From the IMG/VR virus record IMGVR_UViG_3300050188_000002: a stretch of 43,681 bases of DNA, one strand, 5' to 3'. The notes beneath the pieces were generated by a model. It was not told where the DNA came from, did no database searches, and saw nothing but the letters and a program-made list of their open reading frames with translations. Positions 35,473-43,681 of this stretch are shown here, in pieces. A program made the position numbers and the translations under genes. This stretch comes from an uncultured virus (IMG/VR IMGVR_UViG_3300050188_000002) (Duplodnaviria; Heunggongvirae; Uroviricota; Caudoviricetes). Numbering within the stretch: the stretch's first letter is position 1; each line of letters begins with the position of its first letter.

Positions 35473-35741
35473 ATGGCTAAGAAGAAGTCAGGAAATACAT
35501 CGGCGGCTATCATTAAAATCTCGTCAATTGTTAGAAAGTGAGTGTGAAAATGGTTATATGCAATCGAGTCAAAGAACAAGGGAAGCCAGACAAACTACGG
35601 TTCGGAGTACCACTTCATAGATGTACTAACGGCGGCATTAGGTTCGCATCTCCACACTATGTCAATGTGAAGGATATGACTGAATGCTCTAAGGCTTGGA
35701 AAACATCTTGGATCGGTTTCCCTCTCACAAAAGGTTACTAA
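35473..35741 (+). CDS. small basic protein requiring a -1 frameshift at AGA AAG TGA
   Basis: GAAAGG RBS, MAKKKSGNTSAAIIKISSIVRK*; the -1 frame from 35538 continues VSVKMVICNR...KGY. Confidence 0.5.
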
Positions 35742-35744
35742 AAC

Positions 35745-36044
35745 ATGCTGAAACTAAACGAACTTCCGCCCAAAAAAATCTGTGAATTTTTGAAAAGAAA
35801 TGCAGCTCAAGAACTCAAGACTTTAAAGTTCGATTGCTTTATACCATACGCAGACCATTTCTTTGTAGGAAGAGGTGACCTTAAAGGTATGCCTTATAAA
35901 GGGTTTATGGTGTATATCAACCCTGACAATTACATCATCTATCCTACTGAGTACGACAGAGGTACTAGTGAATATACCGAGGGTCGGAAGATGATTTACA
36001 TGAGTCTGAAAAATTGGCTTCAAAAAGAATGTGAAAGTATATGA
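35745..36044 (+). CDS. hypothetical protein
   Basis: AAAGG RBS, 99 aa. Confidence 0.65.
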   Translation: MLKLNELPPKKICEFLKRNAAQELKTLKFDCFIPYADHFFVGRGDLKGMPYKGFMVYINPDNYIIYPTEYDRGTSEYTEGRKMIYMSLKNWLQKECESI

Positions 36045-36436
36045 TCTCGAAACTTGAACACAGGCTGATAAAGATAGCGTATGAGTACGCCGAAGACTTG
36101 GAACATACTCACCAACACGTTTCCTTCTTTTGCAAGCGTAATGCTATACTGTCGGTTGGTGTCAATCGGCCTTATACGACTCATCCTATATCAAAGAGAT
36201 TTGGTCATAGGTACGATTCTATACACTCTGAATTGGACGCTTTTATGTCGTTCAAGCATAGATATCATGACCCTGATTGGGGAAGCATAATTTTGTTTAA
36301 TGTCAAAACAGGACCTAATAAAATGATAAAGTTGGCAGAGCCATGTGATTGTTGTAAGAATTGGCTTCGGACTGTAGGGGTTAAAAATATCAAATACACC
36401 ACCCATGAAGGAGAGTTTCAGAACCTGAGACTTTAA
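36041..36436 (+). CDS. cytidine/dCMP deaminase-fold protein
   Basis: H..H, SVGVN, IHSELDA, EPCDCC zinc motifs. Confidence 0.82.
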   Translation: MISKLEHRLIKIAYEYAEDLEHTHQHVSFFCKRNAILSVGVNRPYTTHPISKRFGHRYDSIHSELDAFMSFKHRYHDPDWGSIILFNVKTGPNKMIKLAEPCDCCKNWLRTVGVKNIKYTTHEGEFQNLRL

Positions 36437-36524
36437 TAATGGATACCCCTAATCAAAGAACAATCTTTTATACGACGTTTGGAATAATACTCCTAGCGTC
36501 GGTTTTATTTCTATGGAGAATCTC

Positions 36525-37085
36525 ATGAGAGTTTTCTTTACGTCGGACACCCACTTCTCTCATCGCACCCTTGCAAAGGTTAGGAACTTCGCATCCATTG
36601 AAGAAATGGATGAGGTCTTAATCGCCAATTGGAATCGGACTGTGAAGGTGGATGATACAGTGTACCACCTAGGAGATTGGTTTGGTAAGCACATTCATAA
36701 TGATGCTGCACATGCAGTTATTCATAGGTTGAATGGTAGATTTAAGACCCTTATGGGAAACCATGATCAGAATGGATTCGGCGGACATACTCAGCCTAAT
36801 AACATCGCAGTATCGTCCAGTCTGGTGTCTCAGAACCTTGGGTCTTATCACGAGTTCAAAATTGGCGATAGAGAGTTTGTTCTAAGTCATTACCCAATGT
36901 TGAGATGGAACAAAAGCCACTACGGGGCAATTATGCTCCACGGACATTGCCACGGCGGAATAAATGAATTAGGCATTCCTAGACTTTTAGATGTTGGTGT
37001 TGATTCTATATGCAAGTTATTTGGTGGAGATAAAATACATCTTAGACCAATATCATTAAATGAAGTATTAGCAATAATTAGATAA
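36525..37085 (+). CDS. calcineurin-like metallophosphoesterase
   Basis: SDTHF, HLGD, GNHD, SHYP, HGHCH, DVGVD; start at the ATG behind GGAG. Confidence 0.9.
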   Translation: MRVFFTSDTHFSHRTLAKVRNFASIEEMDEVLIANWNRTVKVDDTVYHLGDWFGKHIHNDAAHAVIHRLNGRFKTLMGNHDQNGFGGHTQPNNIAVSSSLVSQNLGSYHEFKIGDREFVLSHYPMLRWNKSHYGAIMLHGHCHGGINELGIPRLLDVGVDSICKLFGGDKIHLRPISLNEVLAIIR

Positions 37086-37880
37086 TGATTTAAGTTTTTC
37101 ATGTTTTCTAGTTAACCCGAACTGATATCCATAAAGCATGTAATCACTAAACTTTATGATTTTACTTTTATTGGTTATCCTCAATTGTGAGCTCTTGTTT
37201 CCGGTTTTTCCTATTTGTTTACGGATAGAAAACTTAATATTGAGATCGGTTAAAACTTTTGCAAGTGAAGACCAGTCTTGATCATAACAAGATGCAAAAC
37301 ATAGTTGATAACAATAATTTTTTTTATTAATATAAATGCAACCGTCTCCATCAAATAAACCTCTCCAAAAGTAATGTTTTAAGTTTTCGGGTATATGATC
37401 TAAAACAGTATCATGACAGTTTTCCTTATTAAGAAAACCATAATTTACCAATATGGAGTGTAGTGGCTTCTGTCCAGTTATATAGGAAGTCTGAGGTCTT
37501 CTATTTGGTCTAGTTCTAGTGTATACATTCCACTCACCACATGAGTTTATAATTTCAGAAATTTGATTAGCGTCGTCTTGTAATATCTCCAAAGATATTC
37601 TAAAGTACGTTTTAGAATTTAGTACATTACAATCAGCCCACATGAATCCTAGTAAATATGCGATTTGTGGAGTTTGTATATTAGAGAATAGTCGATGATC
37701 AATTTTATAATTATCCCTTGGTTTGTATGTATAATTTCGTTTTAGTAATTTAAGTTTTAGTCTTCCAACCATTTTAATAACTGGTCTATTTAAATATTCT
37801 TTACATCTGTCTGCGCCTAAGACTGGATAGTTTTCTTTTAGCCAATTTAGTTCGTTTTCGGTCCAATGTTTTGCACCCAT
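37068..37880 (-). mobile_element. free-standing LAGLIDADG homing endonuclease-like gene
   Basis: AYLLGFMWAD and FWRGLFDGDG motifs, N-terminal WTENEL..L..NY; the only convincing minus-strand gene; AT-rich. Confidence 0.82.
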
Positions 37881-37906
37881 AATATTTCCATGTATAAAGC
37901 CGAATA

Positions 37907-37914
37907 TATTTATC
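37907..37914 (-). promoter_or_regulatory. possible T4-type late promoter for the endonuclease
   Basis: GATAAATA on the minus strand about 27 nt upstream of the ATG; T4 late consensus is TATAAATA. Confidence 0.4.
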
Positions 37915-37941
37915 CCGCCATATTTTAAAAAGGAGACTTTA

Positions 37942-38166
37942 ATGTCACTACCTGAAAATTACTTTTGGAATATAAAAGACAGAGCCTATGAGTGTCATCC
38001 TAGGATGTACTCTTTTGTAACAGAGATAGAAGCCATATGTAAGAAGTATGGTTATTCTATAGGTCATGAGGACAACCACGGATCATTCGTAATATATAAT
38101 TACGATAAGGACATGGCTTCTCACTTTATGAAGCCTACCCTTTTTATCGATGTAAAGCATGAGTGA
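37942..38166 (+). CDS. hypothetical phage protein
   Basis: AAGGAG RBS; EIEAICKKYG.SIGHED.HG.F motif. Confidence 0.72.
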   Translation: MSLPENYFWNIKDRAYECHPRMYSFVTEIEAICKKYGYSIGHEDNHGSFVIYNYDKDMASHFMKPTLFIDVKHE

Positions 38167-38602
38167 TATTTACAGATTATACACAGACGGATCTTGTAGA
38201 GGTACTCCAGGTAAGGGGGCTTGGGCAGCTATCATAGTTGACTCAGACGGAAATGAGAAGTCATTATACGGTGCTTCCTCATGTACGACTAATAACCGTA
38301 TGGAACTTCGTGCTATCATAAAAGGTATAGCAGCCATACCTAAAGGTAGTAAGATAGAGATCATATCAGACTCTAAGTATTGCTTGGACGGTATTCAAAA
38401 AGCGTTAGCCGGAACTAACAAATACAAGATCAACGTTGACATGTGGGAAGAGATTTATGCCCTTATTCAAGATAGACTATTTAAGCTTCATTGGGTTAGA
38501 GGGCATGACGGTCATGAGATGAACGAGAGATTAAATGAAATGGCACAGGCTACTTCTTTGGACGCTAAGGAATCAGACCCTATTGACTTGGAGACAAAAT
38601 GA
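38159..38602 (+). CDS. rnhA: ribonuclease HI
   Basis: YTDGSC..PG.G.WA, TTNNRMEL, SDSKY, NVDMW, WVRGH.G.E.NE. Confidence 0.93.
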   Translation: MSDIYRLYTDGSCRGTPGKGAWAAIIVDSDGNEKSLYGASSCTTNNRMELRAIIKGIAAIPKGSKIEIISDSKYCLDGIQKALAGTNKYKINVDMWEEIYALIQDRLFKLHWVRGHDGHEMNERLNEMAQATSLDAKESDPIDLETK

Positions 38603-38808
38603 AACCATACACTCTTATATTGAATGCCATAGTTTACAACTTCGAAAATGCACCAAAGTTAGTTAGAATTCAAACCGATGATCTGAATAAATGCTTAAAT
38701 GAGAATTTTCATACCATAACACATGTTATAGTAGGTCATCCGCCAGTAGAATATTGTGCAGTTGGAGATCCTGAAGAAATACAAGAATTCAAATACAATG
38801 GAGACTAA
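38599..38808 (+). CDS. hypothetical protein
   Basis: GGAG RBS and ATGA overlap. Confidence 0.6.
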   Translation: MKPYTLILNAIVYNFENAPKLVRIQTDDLNKCLNENFHTITHVIVGHPPVEYCAVGDPEEIQEFKYNGD

Positions 38809-38809
38809 A

Positions 38810-39301
38810 ATGAAAACCAGTACCGAATATGTTTTTGTGATCGATACAGATAGTTATAGCGGAAATTTCGAACGCCAATTATGTGGATACATCACTGGCG
38901 TTGTTGGAGATTGTGAGGTAGGCGAAAAAGAATCAAACTGTTTCACCAAAGAAGTAGATCCAGACAGTGATGCCCTTTTTGATCATGTAACGCAGAAGGC
39001 AGATGAACACTGCTGTTATAGACCTTGTTCAATTTGGATTACTCCAAATAGGTTTACCATCGGTAAGTTTACCTACAGTTCTACTAAAGAAGCAAACATG
39101 ATATATCCAGTGTATGAATCTGTTGCTATTTTCTTTGAGGAGAAGCCCCCAGAAGCAGCAATTGAATTGATGAAGTCTAGAACAGAGAAGTTCATCAAGG
39201 ATGTTATGAACTATAATGATAAACCTTATTTTAATAGAGTTGTAAGGTATCGTCTGATAGAGATTGTAAAAGCGTGTACCGAAACTGAAACAATAGTTTA
39301 A
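38810..39301 (+). CDS. hypothetical phage protein
   Basis: GGAG RBS; FVIDTDSYSGNFERQLCGYITG. Confidence 0.72.
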   Translation: MKTSTEYVFVIDTDSYSGNFERQLCGYITGVVGDCEVGEKESNCFTKEVDPDSDALFDHVTQKADEHCCYRPCSIWITPNRFTIGKFTYSSTKEANMIYPVYESVAIFFEEKPPEAAIELMKSRTEKFIKDVMNYNDKPYFNRVVRYRLIEIVKACTETETIV

Positions 39302-39312
39302 AAGGAAATGAA

Positions 39313-40473
39313 ATGAACCAGATCCATCCCCTATTCCAAATGTATGGTTCGGAACCGAACATTCCTCAACTCTTATTGGACATCTATGATGCCGTAAAGG
39401 CCGGAGCAGTTCGTATCCATAGACATACTAACCCTGAGATGTCTTATCTGATGGGTCTCGATTACACAGAGGCTTGCCAATATGACAAGATGTGGAGCAA
39501 GTATCCGGTGGCCCGCCTTTGTAGAGGATTGGTCATAGATACCGACTCTAACAAGATTGTCGCCCTTCCATTTCCCAAGTTCATGAATTTGGGGGAAGCC
39601 TGGTGCGACGTGTCTGAGTCTGAGTTGATTGCTTGTAAGGGGATTGTCTCGGAAATTAAAATGGACGGTTCGATGGGTATAATTTTTTGGAATAATAAGT
39701 CGGCCCAATGGCTGGTTAAGACCCGCGGAGGGTTTACTTCGCCTCAGGCTTTGGTTGCTCAGTCTTGGATCAACCCTATGGGGTGTGCTTATTATGATTG
39801 GACTATATTAGCCGAGATCATATATCCTGAGAACCGGGTGGTTGTAGACTATGGAGATTACCGTGGGTTTGTGGTATTTGGATCTTACTCAACCAAAGAC
39901 GGACGCTATAGAGAACATACCACATCGTCTTTCTGTGGAGGTGATATGCCATTGATTGTCCAACCTTCGCCTCCGAAGAACTTATCAAAGATGATATCTG
40001 ATTTCGATTCGTTGAAGCAAGTTGTAGATAAATTGTCTTCAAATGAGGAAGGGTTTGTGGTTGTGATGGACGATGGGCGGCGATGTAAGATTAAGGGTGA
40101 AAAGTATTTGGAGTTACATAAGGCGAAGTTCAACACTTCGTTGATCTCTGTTTGGGAGAACATGTGTAATGGTACTGTGGAAGCTGCTAGAAAGCTTATT
40201 CCAGAAGAGTTACATCCGATGTATGATGGGTATTTGGAAGCATTGGAAAATAAGTATAACGTTACATATGCTCTGCTTTGGGCCGATGTAAAGGCTATTA
40301 AGGCGCTTCTACCGTATGAGTATACCCAAAAGGATTTGGCTTTGAAGATGGCGGAGTGTAAGATGAATCCTAAATCTAAGACCTTTGCGTTCTTGGACTA
40401 CAAGACTGATCCGGAAAAATGTAAGAAGGAATTTGTGTTATCGTTAATCAGACCCGATGGAAATAAACTTTAA
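39313..40473 (+). CDS. RNA ligase, T4 Rnl1-like
   Basis: CRGLV, PFPKFMN, KMDGS, TRGGF, EIIYPENRVVV.Y, EEGFVV, KIKGEKY. Confidence 0.9.
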   Translation: MNQIHPLFQMYGSEPNIPQLLLDIYDAVKAGAVRIHRHTNPEMSYLMGLDYTEACQYDKMWSKYPVARLCRGLVIDTDSNKIVALPFPKFMNLGEAWCDVSESELIACKGIVSEIKMDGSMGIIFWNNKSAQWLVKTRGGFTSPQALVAQSWINPMGCAYYDWTILAEIIYPENRVVVDYGDYRGFVVFGSYSTKDGRYREHTTSSFCGGDMPLIVQPSPPKNLSKMISDFDSLKQVVDKLSSNEEGFVVVMDDGRRCKIKGEKYLELHKAKFNTSLISVWENMCNGTVEAARKLIPEELHPMYDGYLEALENKYNVTYALLWADVKAIKALLPYEYTQKDLALKMAECKMNPKSKTFAFLDYKTDPEKCKKEFVLSLIRPDGNKL

Positions 40474-40487
40474 ATAAAGGATAAATT

Positions 40488-40763
40488 ATGAACAGAGAAT
40501 CTGACATATCCCCTAATGGAACTATTGCGAGGCATTGCTTTGAGATAGGAGATGGTCCTGGTGGAGAGTCTCTGACTTTAAAATCAGAGTTAATCCATAA
40601 TGGTGAGGGAGAGAAGCCAATTCTAAACCAAGAATTGACTCTTCAGTCTTATTGTAATTCAGCATCTTTTACGTTATGTGGGACGCCGTTTACACCAAGC
40701 ATCCTAAGAGACCTTGCAAATCAATTAGAATATTTTATGAACAAACATCCTATAGGAGAATAA
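40488..40763 (+). CDS. hypothetical phage protein
   Basis: AAAGGA RBS; GGESLTL..QELTLQSYCNSASF. Confidence 0.72.
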   Translation: MNRESDISPNGTIARHCFEIGDGPGGESLTLKSELIHNGEGEKPILNQELTLQSYCNSASFTLCGTPFTPSILRDLANQLEYFMNKHPIGE

Positions 40764-40765
40764 TT

Positions 40766-41074
40766 ATGTGGCCATTTAAAAAGAAAAAGACTAGAGACGA
40801 TTTAATTTTGGATGTTAGAAGATTGATTGTAGAAATCAATAATCATAGGGATAACATCATATATGACCCTATGGGGAGTGGGCGGCCAATGGTAAGAGTT
40901 CTTGATAAAGTTGGTCTATTCGCAATTGCTTTGGAATGTGGTGGACCTGATTATAAATTGAGTTACACTGCCGACTTAGTATTTGCTTCATCTGGTCACT
41001 GTTTGAAAGATAGGTTTGGTGTTATTAAAAAATTACCAGTAAAGGTAGACATTAAAGTCTCTTATAAGGATTAA
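40766..41074 (+). CDS. hypothetical protein
   Basis: AGGAG RBS; MWPFKKKK start. Confidence 0.68.
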   Translation: MWPFKKKKTRDDLILDVRRLIVEINNHRDNIIYDPMGSGRPMVRVLDKVGLFAIALECGGPDYKLSYTADLVFASSGHCLKDRFGVIKKLPVKVDIKVSYKD

Positions 41075-41075
41075 A

Positions 41076-41369
41076 ATGAAATACACGTTAACGGAAGTTC
41101 AAGAAATAGCTAGTGCATCAAGTGTTATATCCTTATATTGTGAATTACTAAGACAATATAATTCTGGCGAGTATGTTGATGATTTTGATCCAGATAAGGA
41201 CGGAGTGTATAACATTCGCAAAGAATTGGATGTCTTAGCGAAGCATGGGATAGACTCTAGTAACATTAGATGTTTCTATCTAGAAGCATATTTTGAGTAC
41301 TTACAGAGTAAGAATGGTGGCAGTAGTTATACCCCATCCTTTGAACAAAAGTGTCTAACTGAGGTTTAA
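41076..41369 (+). CDS. hypothetical protein
   Basis: AAGGA RBS, 97 aa. Confidence 0.68.
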   Translation: MKYTLTEVQEIASASSVISLYCELLRQYNSGEYVDDFDPDKDGVYNIRKELDVLAKHGIDSSNIRCFYLEAYFEYLQSKNGGSSYTPSFEQKCLTEV

Positions 41370-41372
41370 TCT

Positions 41373-41990
41373 ATGAGACCATTGAATGTGTTAGTAGCAT
41401 GTGAAAGTTCGGGTGTTGTTCGAGAGGCGTTCAGACGCCTAGGACATGATGCTTGGAGTTGTGATTTACAACAAGCTGATGATGGTAGTCCGCATCATTA
41501 CCATTGTGATGTGATGTCTATTATTAGAGATAGAAAGTTTGATCTAATGATAGCGCATCCGACTTGTACCTATCTGTGCTCTTCTGGGTTACATTGGAAT
41601 AAAAGAAGACCAGAGAGAGCGGCACAGACAGAAGAATCATTGGATTTCGTTAGAGCCTTAATGTCAGCCGATATTCCATATATAGCAATTGAAAACCCTG
41701 TAGGCTGTATTTCAACTAGGATTCGGAAACCAGATGATATTATTCAGCCTTGGATGTTTGGTCATCCAGAGTCTAAGAAAACTTGTCTTTGGTTGAAGAA
41801 TCTTCCTAGGCTTGTTCCGACTAATCTTTTAGAATTACCTGCATCCGGAAGATGGAATAATCAGACTCCGACTGGACAGAATAAGTTGGGGCCGTCTAAA
41901 GATAGGTGGAAGATCCGTAGTAAGACTTATGAAGGAATCGGAGCCGCAATAGCAGCCCAATACGCCTCACATATTTTGAAAGGAATGTAA
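41373..41990 (+). CDS. short DNA cytosine methyltransferase-like protein
   Basis: VLVACE.SG.V, WSCD, AHPTCTYL, IENP, KKTCLWL, RSKTY.GI..A.A.Q. Confidence 0.8.
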   Translation: MRPLNVLVACESSGVVREAFRRLGHDAWSCDLQQADDGSPHHYHCDVMSIIRDRKFDLMIAHPTCTYLCSSGLHWNKRRPERAAQTEESLDFVRALMSADIPYIAIENPVGCISTRIRKPDDIIQPWMFGHPESKKTCLWLKNLPRLVPTNLLELPASGRWNNQTPTGQNKLGPSKDRWKIRSKTYEGIGAAIAAQYASHILKGM

Positions 41991-41991
41991 C

Positions 41992-42192
41992 ATGAAATGG
42001 GTAAAAATTATACAAGAACCTATATCAGATGTAAAAGATGAATATAGATATTTCGTATACAAACGACAGTTTCCATCTATTTGGTGTTGGGGGATGGTAT
42101 CGCCAGTTAAAGGGTTTTATGATTTGAAAACAGCAGAATGGTGTGCATTGGCTGCTTCTGGTAAGTTAGACAAACCGCCTATGTACTTTTAA
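41992..42192 (+). CDS. hypothetical protein
   Basis: AAAGGA RBS, 66 aa. Confidence 0.6.
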   Translation: MKWVKIIQEPISDVKDEYRYFVYKRQFPSIWCWGMVSPVKGFYDLKTAEWCALAASGKLDKPPMYF

Positions 42193-42205
42193 GAAAGGTT
42201 AATAT

Positions 42206-42427
42206 ATGAAAGTTAAAGAACTTATAGAGAAACTATCGAATATAGATCCAGAAAGAGAAGTATTATTTCCTGGTTATGAAGGAGGTTATACTAATTTAAA
42301 TAATATTGAACCCGATGTATTGATGGCTCTTTATGTGAATAAAGCATGGTACTATGGGGAACATGAACGGTGCAAGGATAATGAATATAAAGATTTCGAG
42401 AAAGCCTCTTGTGTAATTGTTCATTAA
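42206..42427 (+). CDS. hypothetical phage protein
   Basis: MKVKELIEKL..DPE.EV...GYEGG..WYYGEH. Confidence 0.72.
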   Translation: MKVKELIEKLSNIDPEREVLFPGYEGGYTNLNNIEPDVLMALYVNKAWYYGEHERCKDNEYKDFEKASCVIVH

Positions 42428-42442
42428 AAATATAATAACCAT

Positions 42443-43681
42443 ATGCAATTGACACTAGAAAAAATCCGTATCAAAAACTTCTATTCGTATGGGAACACTC
42501 CTACTGAAATAGTGTTAGATCAGCATCAATGCACCGTTGTAAGTGGGGCTAATGGATGTGGTAAAACTACCGTATTTGTACCTGCCGTCATATATGCTTT
42601 ATATGGAACGGCTTATGCCGATATTAAGTTGGCTCAATTAGTTAATAGCGTTAATAGAAAAGATTGCTTGGTTGAACTTTGGTTCTCTGTAAACAAAGTT
42701 CAATTCCTCGTAAGACGTGGTATGAAACCAGGAGTGTTTGAAATCTTTAAGGAAGACTCGCTTATACCTCAGCCAGCCACTCAAAAGGAATATCAAACTG
42801 TATTGGATTCCATTATAGGAATTCCTCAGAAATCCTTTGAACAGGTAGTTATACTAGGGGCAAACTTCACTCCTTTTTTAACTTTATCAGCCGCTGATCG
42901 TAGAGCATTCATAGAACACATATTGGATATCGAAGTGTTTTCCATTATGAGAGATTTGCTTAAGCTCAAGCTCAAGAAGAATGATGGGGAAATTGAAAGG
43001 CTAGAAGCATTGAAAGCCTCTAAGACTCAACTCTTAGAACAAAATGAATCAACCCTACAACAGATTGTAAGATCGTGTGAGACAAAACTGGAACAATCTC
43101 GGACAACTCTCGCTACACATTCCGATAGTATGTCTACTTGGAATAATTCATTGTCTACTATGTCTATCAGACTCGCAGAGTTTTCCGCTAAAATTTCCAA
43201 AGAAAGTTTGGAAAATGTTCGCCAGACTTTATCTGATACGGTTGATAGTATCAATGAGTATAAGAATGCAATAACGATCATAGAAGGAAACTTACGTAAC
43301 TCTGTAAATCTTAAGCAGTCTAAGATGGACGGTATTACTAAGCTTCAAGCCAAGGTAGATGCAGATTTGGCTATGTTTAGATTATCATTAGATAATATTG
43401 TAAAGGAGATTGGCACAACCAAGGCAGATTTAGATGCACTTACAAACCTAACATTAGATGATGCTATGACAAAGGTGTCTCAGTCGATTTCTACCTTGAA
43501 TGAATACAAGGCTGGAATCATTTCCAATAAGGAAAAGGCACTGATGAAAAAGGACTTTTATGAAAAGAATGATACATGCCCTACATGTAAACAGGCTTTA
43601 GACTCTGGGTTCAAGACAGATGTTCTATGTGAAACACATAAGAGTTTAACATTGTATGATTCTGCTATGAATAAACTTGTT
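42443..43681 (+). CDS. gp46/SbcC-like recombination ATPase, 3'-truncated and absent from the ORF track
   Basis: KNFYSYGN, Walker A GANGCGKT, YALYG, QLVNSVN, RGMKP..FEI, coiled coil, Zn-hook CPTCKQ near 43577. Confidence 0.92.
   Translation, partial: MQLTLEKIRIKNFYSYGNTPTEIVLDQHQCTVVSGANGCGKTTVFVPAVIYALYGTAYADIKLAQLVNSVNRKDCLVELWFSVNKVQFLVRRGMKPGVFEIFKEDSLIPQPATQKEYQTVLDSIIGIPQKSFEQVVILGANFTPFLTLSAADRRAFIEHILDIEVFSIMRDLLKLKLKKNDGEIERLEALKASKTQLLEQNESTLQQIVRSCETKLEQSRTTLATHSDSMSTWNNSLSTMSIRLAEFSAKISKESLENVRQTLSDTVDSINEYKNAITIIEGNLRNSVNLKQSKMDGITKLQAKVDADLAMFRLSLDNIVKEIGTTKADLDALTNLTLDDAMTKVSQSISTLNEYKAGIISNKEKALMKKDFYEKNDTCPTCKQALDSGFKTDVLCETHKSLTLYDSAMNKLV

Noticed and set aside
36525..37085. 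Metallophosphoesterase as the missing gp47/SbcD
   Set aside because: It is short (about 186 aa) and has the HYP/HGH/DVGVD pattern of small stand-alone phage phosphoesterases.
43027..43281. Short ORFs 43027-43281 (-) and 43077-43274 (+)
   Set aside because: They are nested in the gp46-like frame that runs off the window end.
1..43681. CRISPR array, diversity-generating retroelement, retron or IS element
   Set aside because: No regularly spaced repeats, template/variable repeat pair, reverse transcriptase or transposase motifs were seen.

Overview
This is a gene-dense, almost entirely plus-strand segment of a large lytic dsDNA phage, probably T4-like because it ends in a gp46/SbcC-type ATPase. 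It looks like an early accessory or host-takeover region. Recognisable genes: TilS, an AAA ATPase, tRNA-Leu(CAA) behind a near-consensus sigma70 promoter, an adjacent Prs-like plus NadV/Nampt-like pair (the layout of the NARP1 NAD-reconstitution anti-defence pathway), a broken MYG1-like gene, a broken nucleotidyltransferase-like gene, two RNA ligases, DNA ligase, a CDA-fold deaminase, a metallophosphoesterase, a minus-strand LAGLIDADG endonuclease, RNase HI, a GNAT and a C5 methyltransferase-like gene. Most unusual features: (1) a GC-richer module with a class-II glutamine amidotransferase (apparent ATT start), an ArdA-like protein low in acidic residues and four amidoligase paralogs, several proteins ending in ssrA-like Ala-rich tails; (2) three unnamed small-protein families expanded to about 13, 15 and 4 copies, several carrying stops or frameshifts; (3) two structured intergenic RNA candidates, one about 295 nt with a tRNA-like 3' end; (4) a recurrent CCTT..AAGG motif at ribosome-binding sites. 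All family assignments come from motifs recognised by eye; no searches or folding programs were run.
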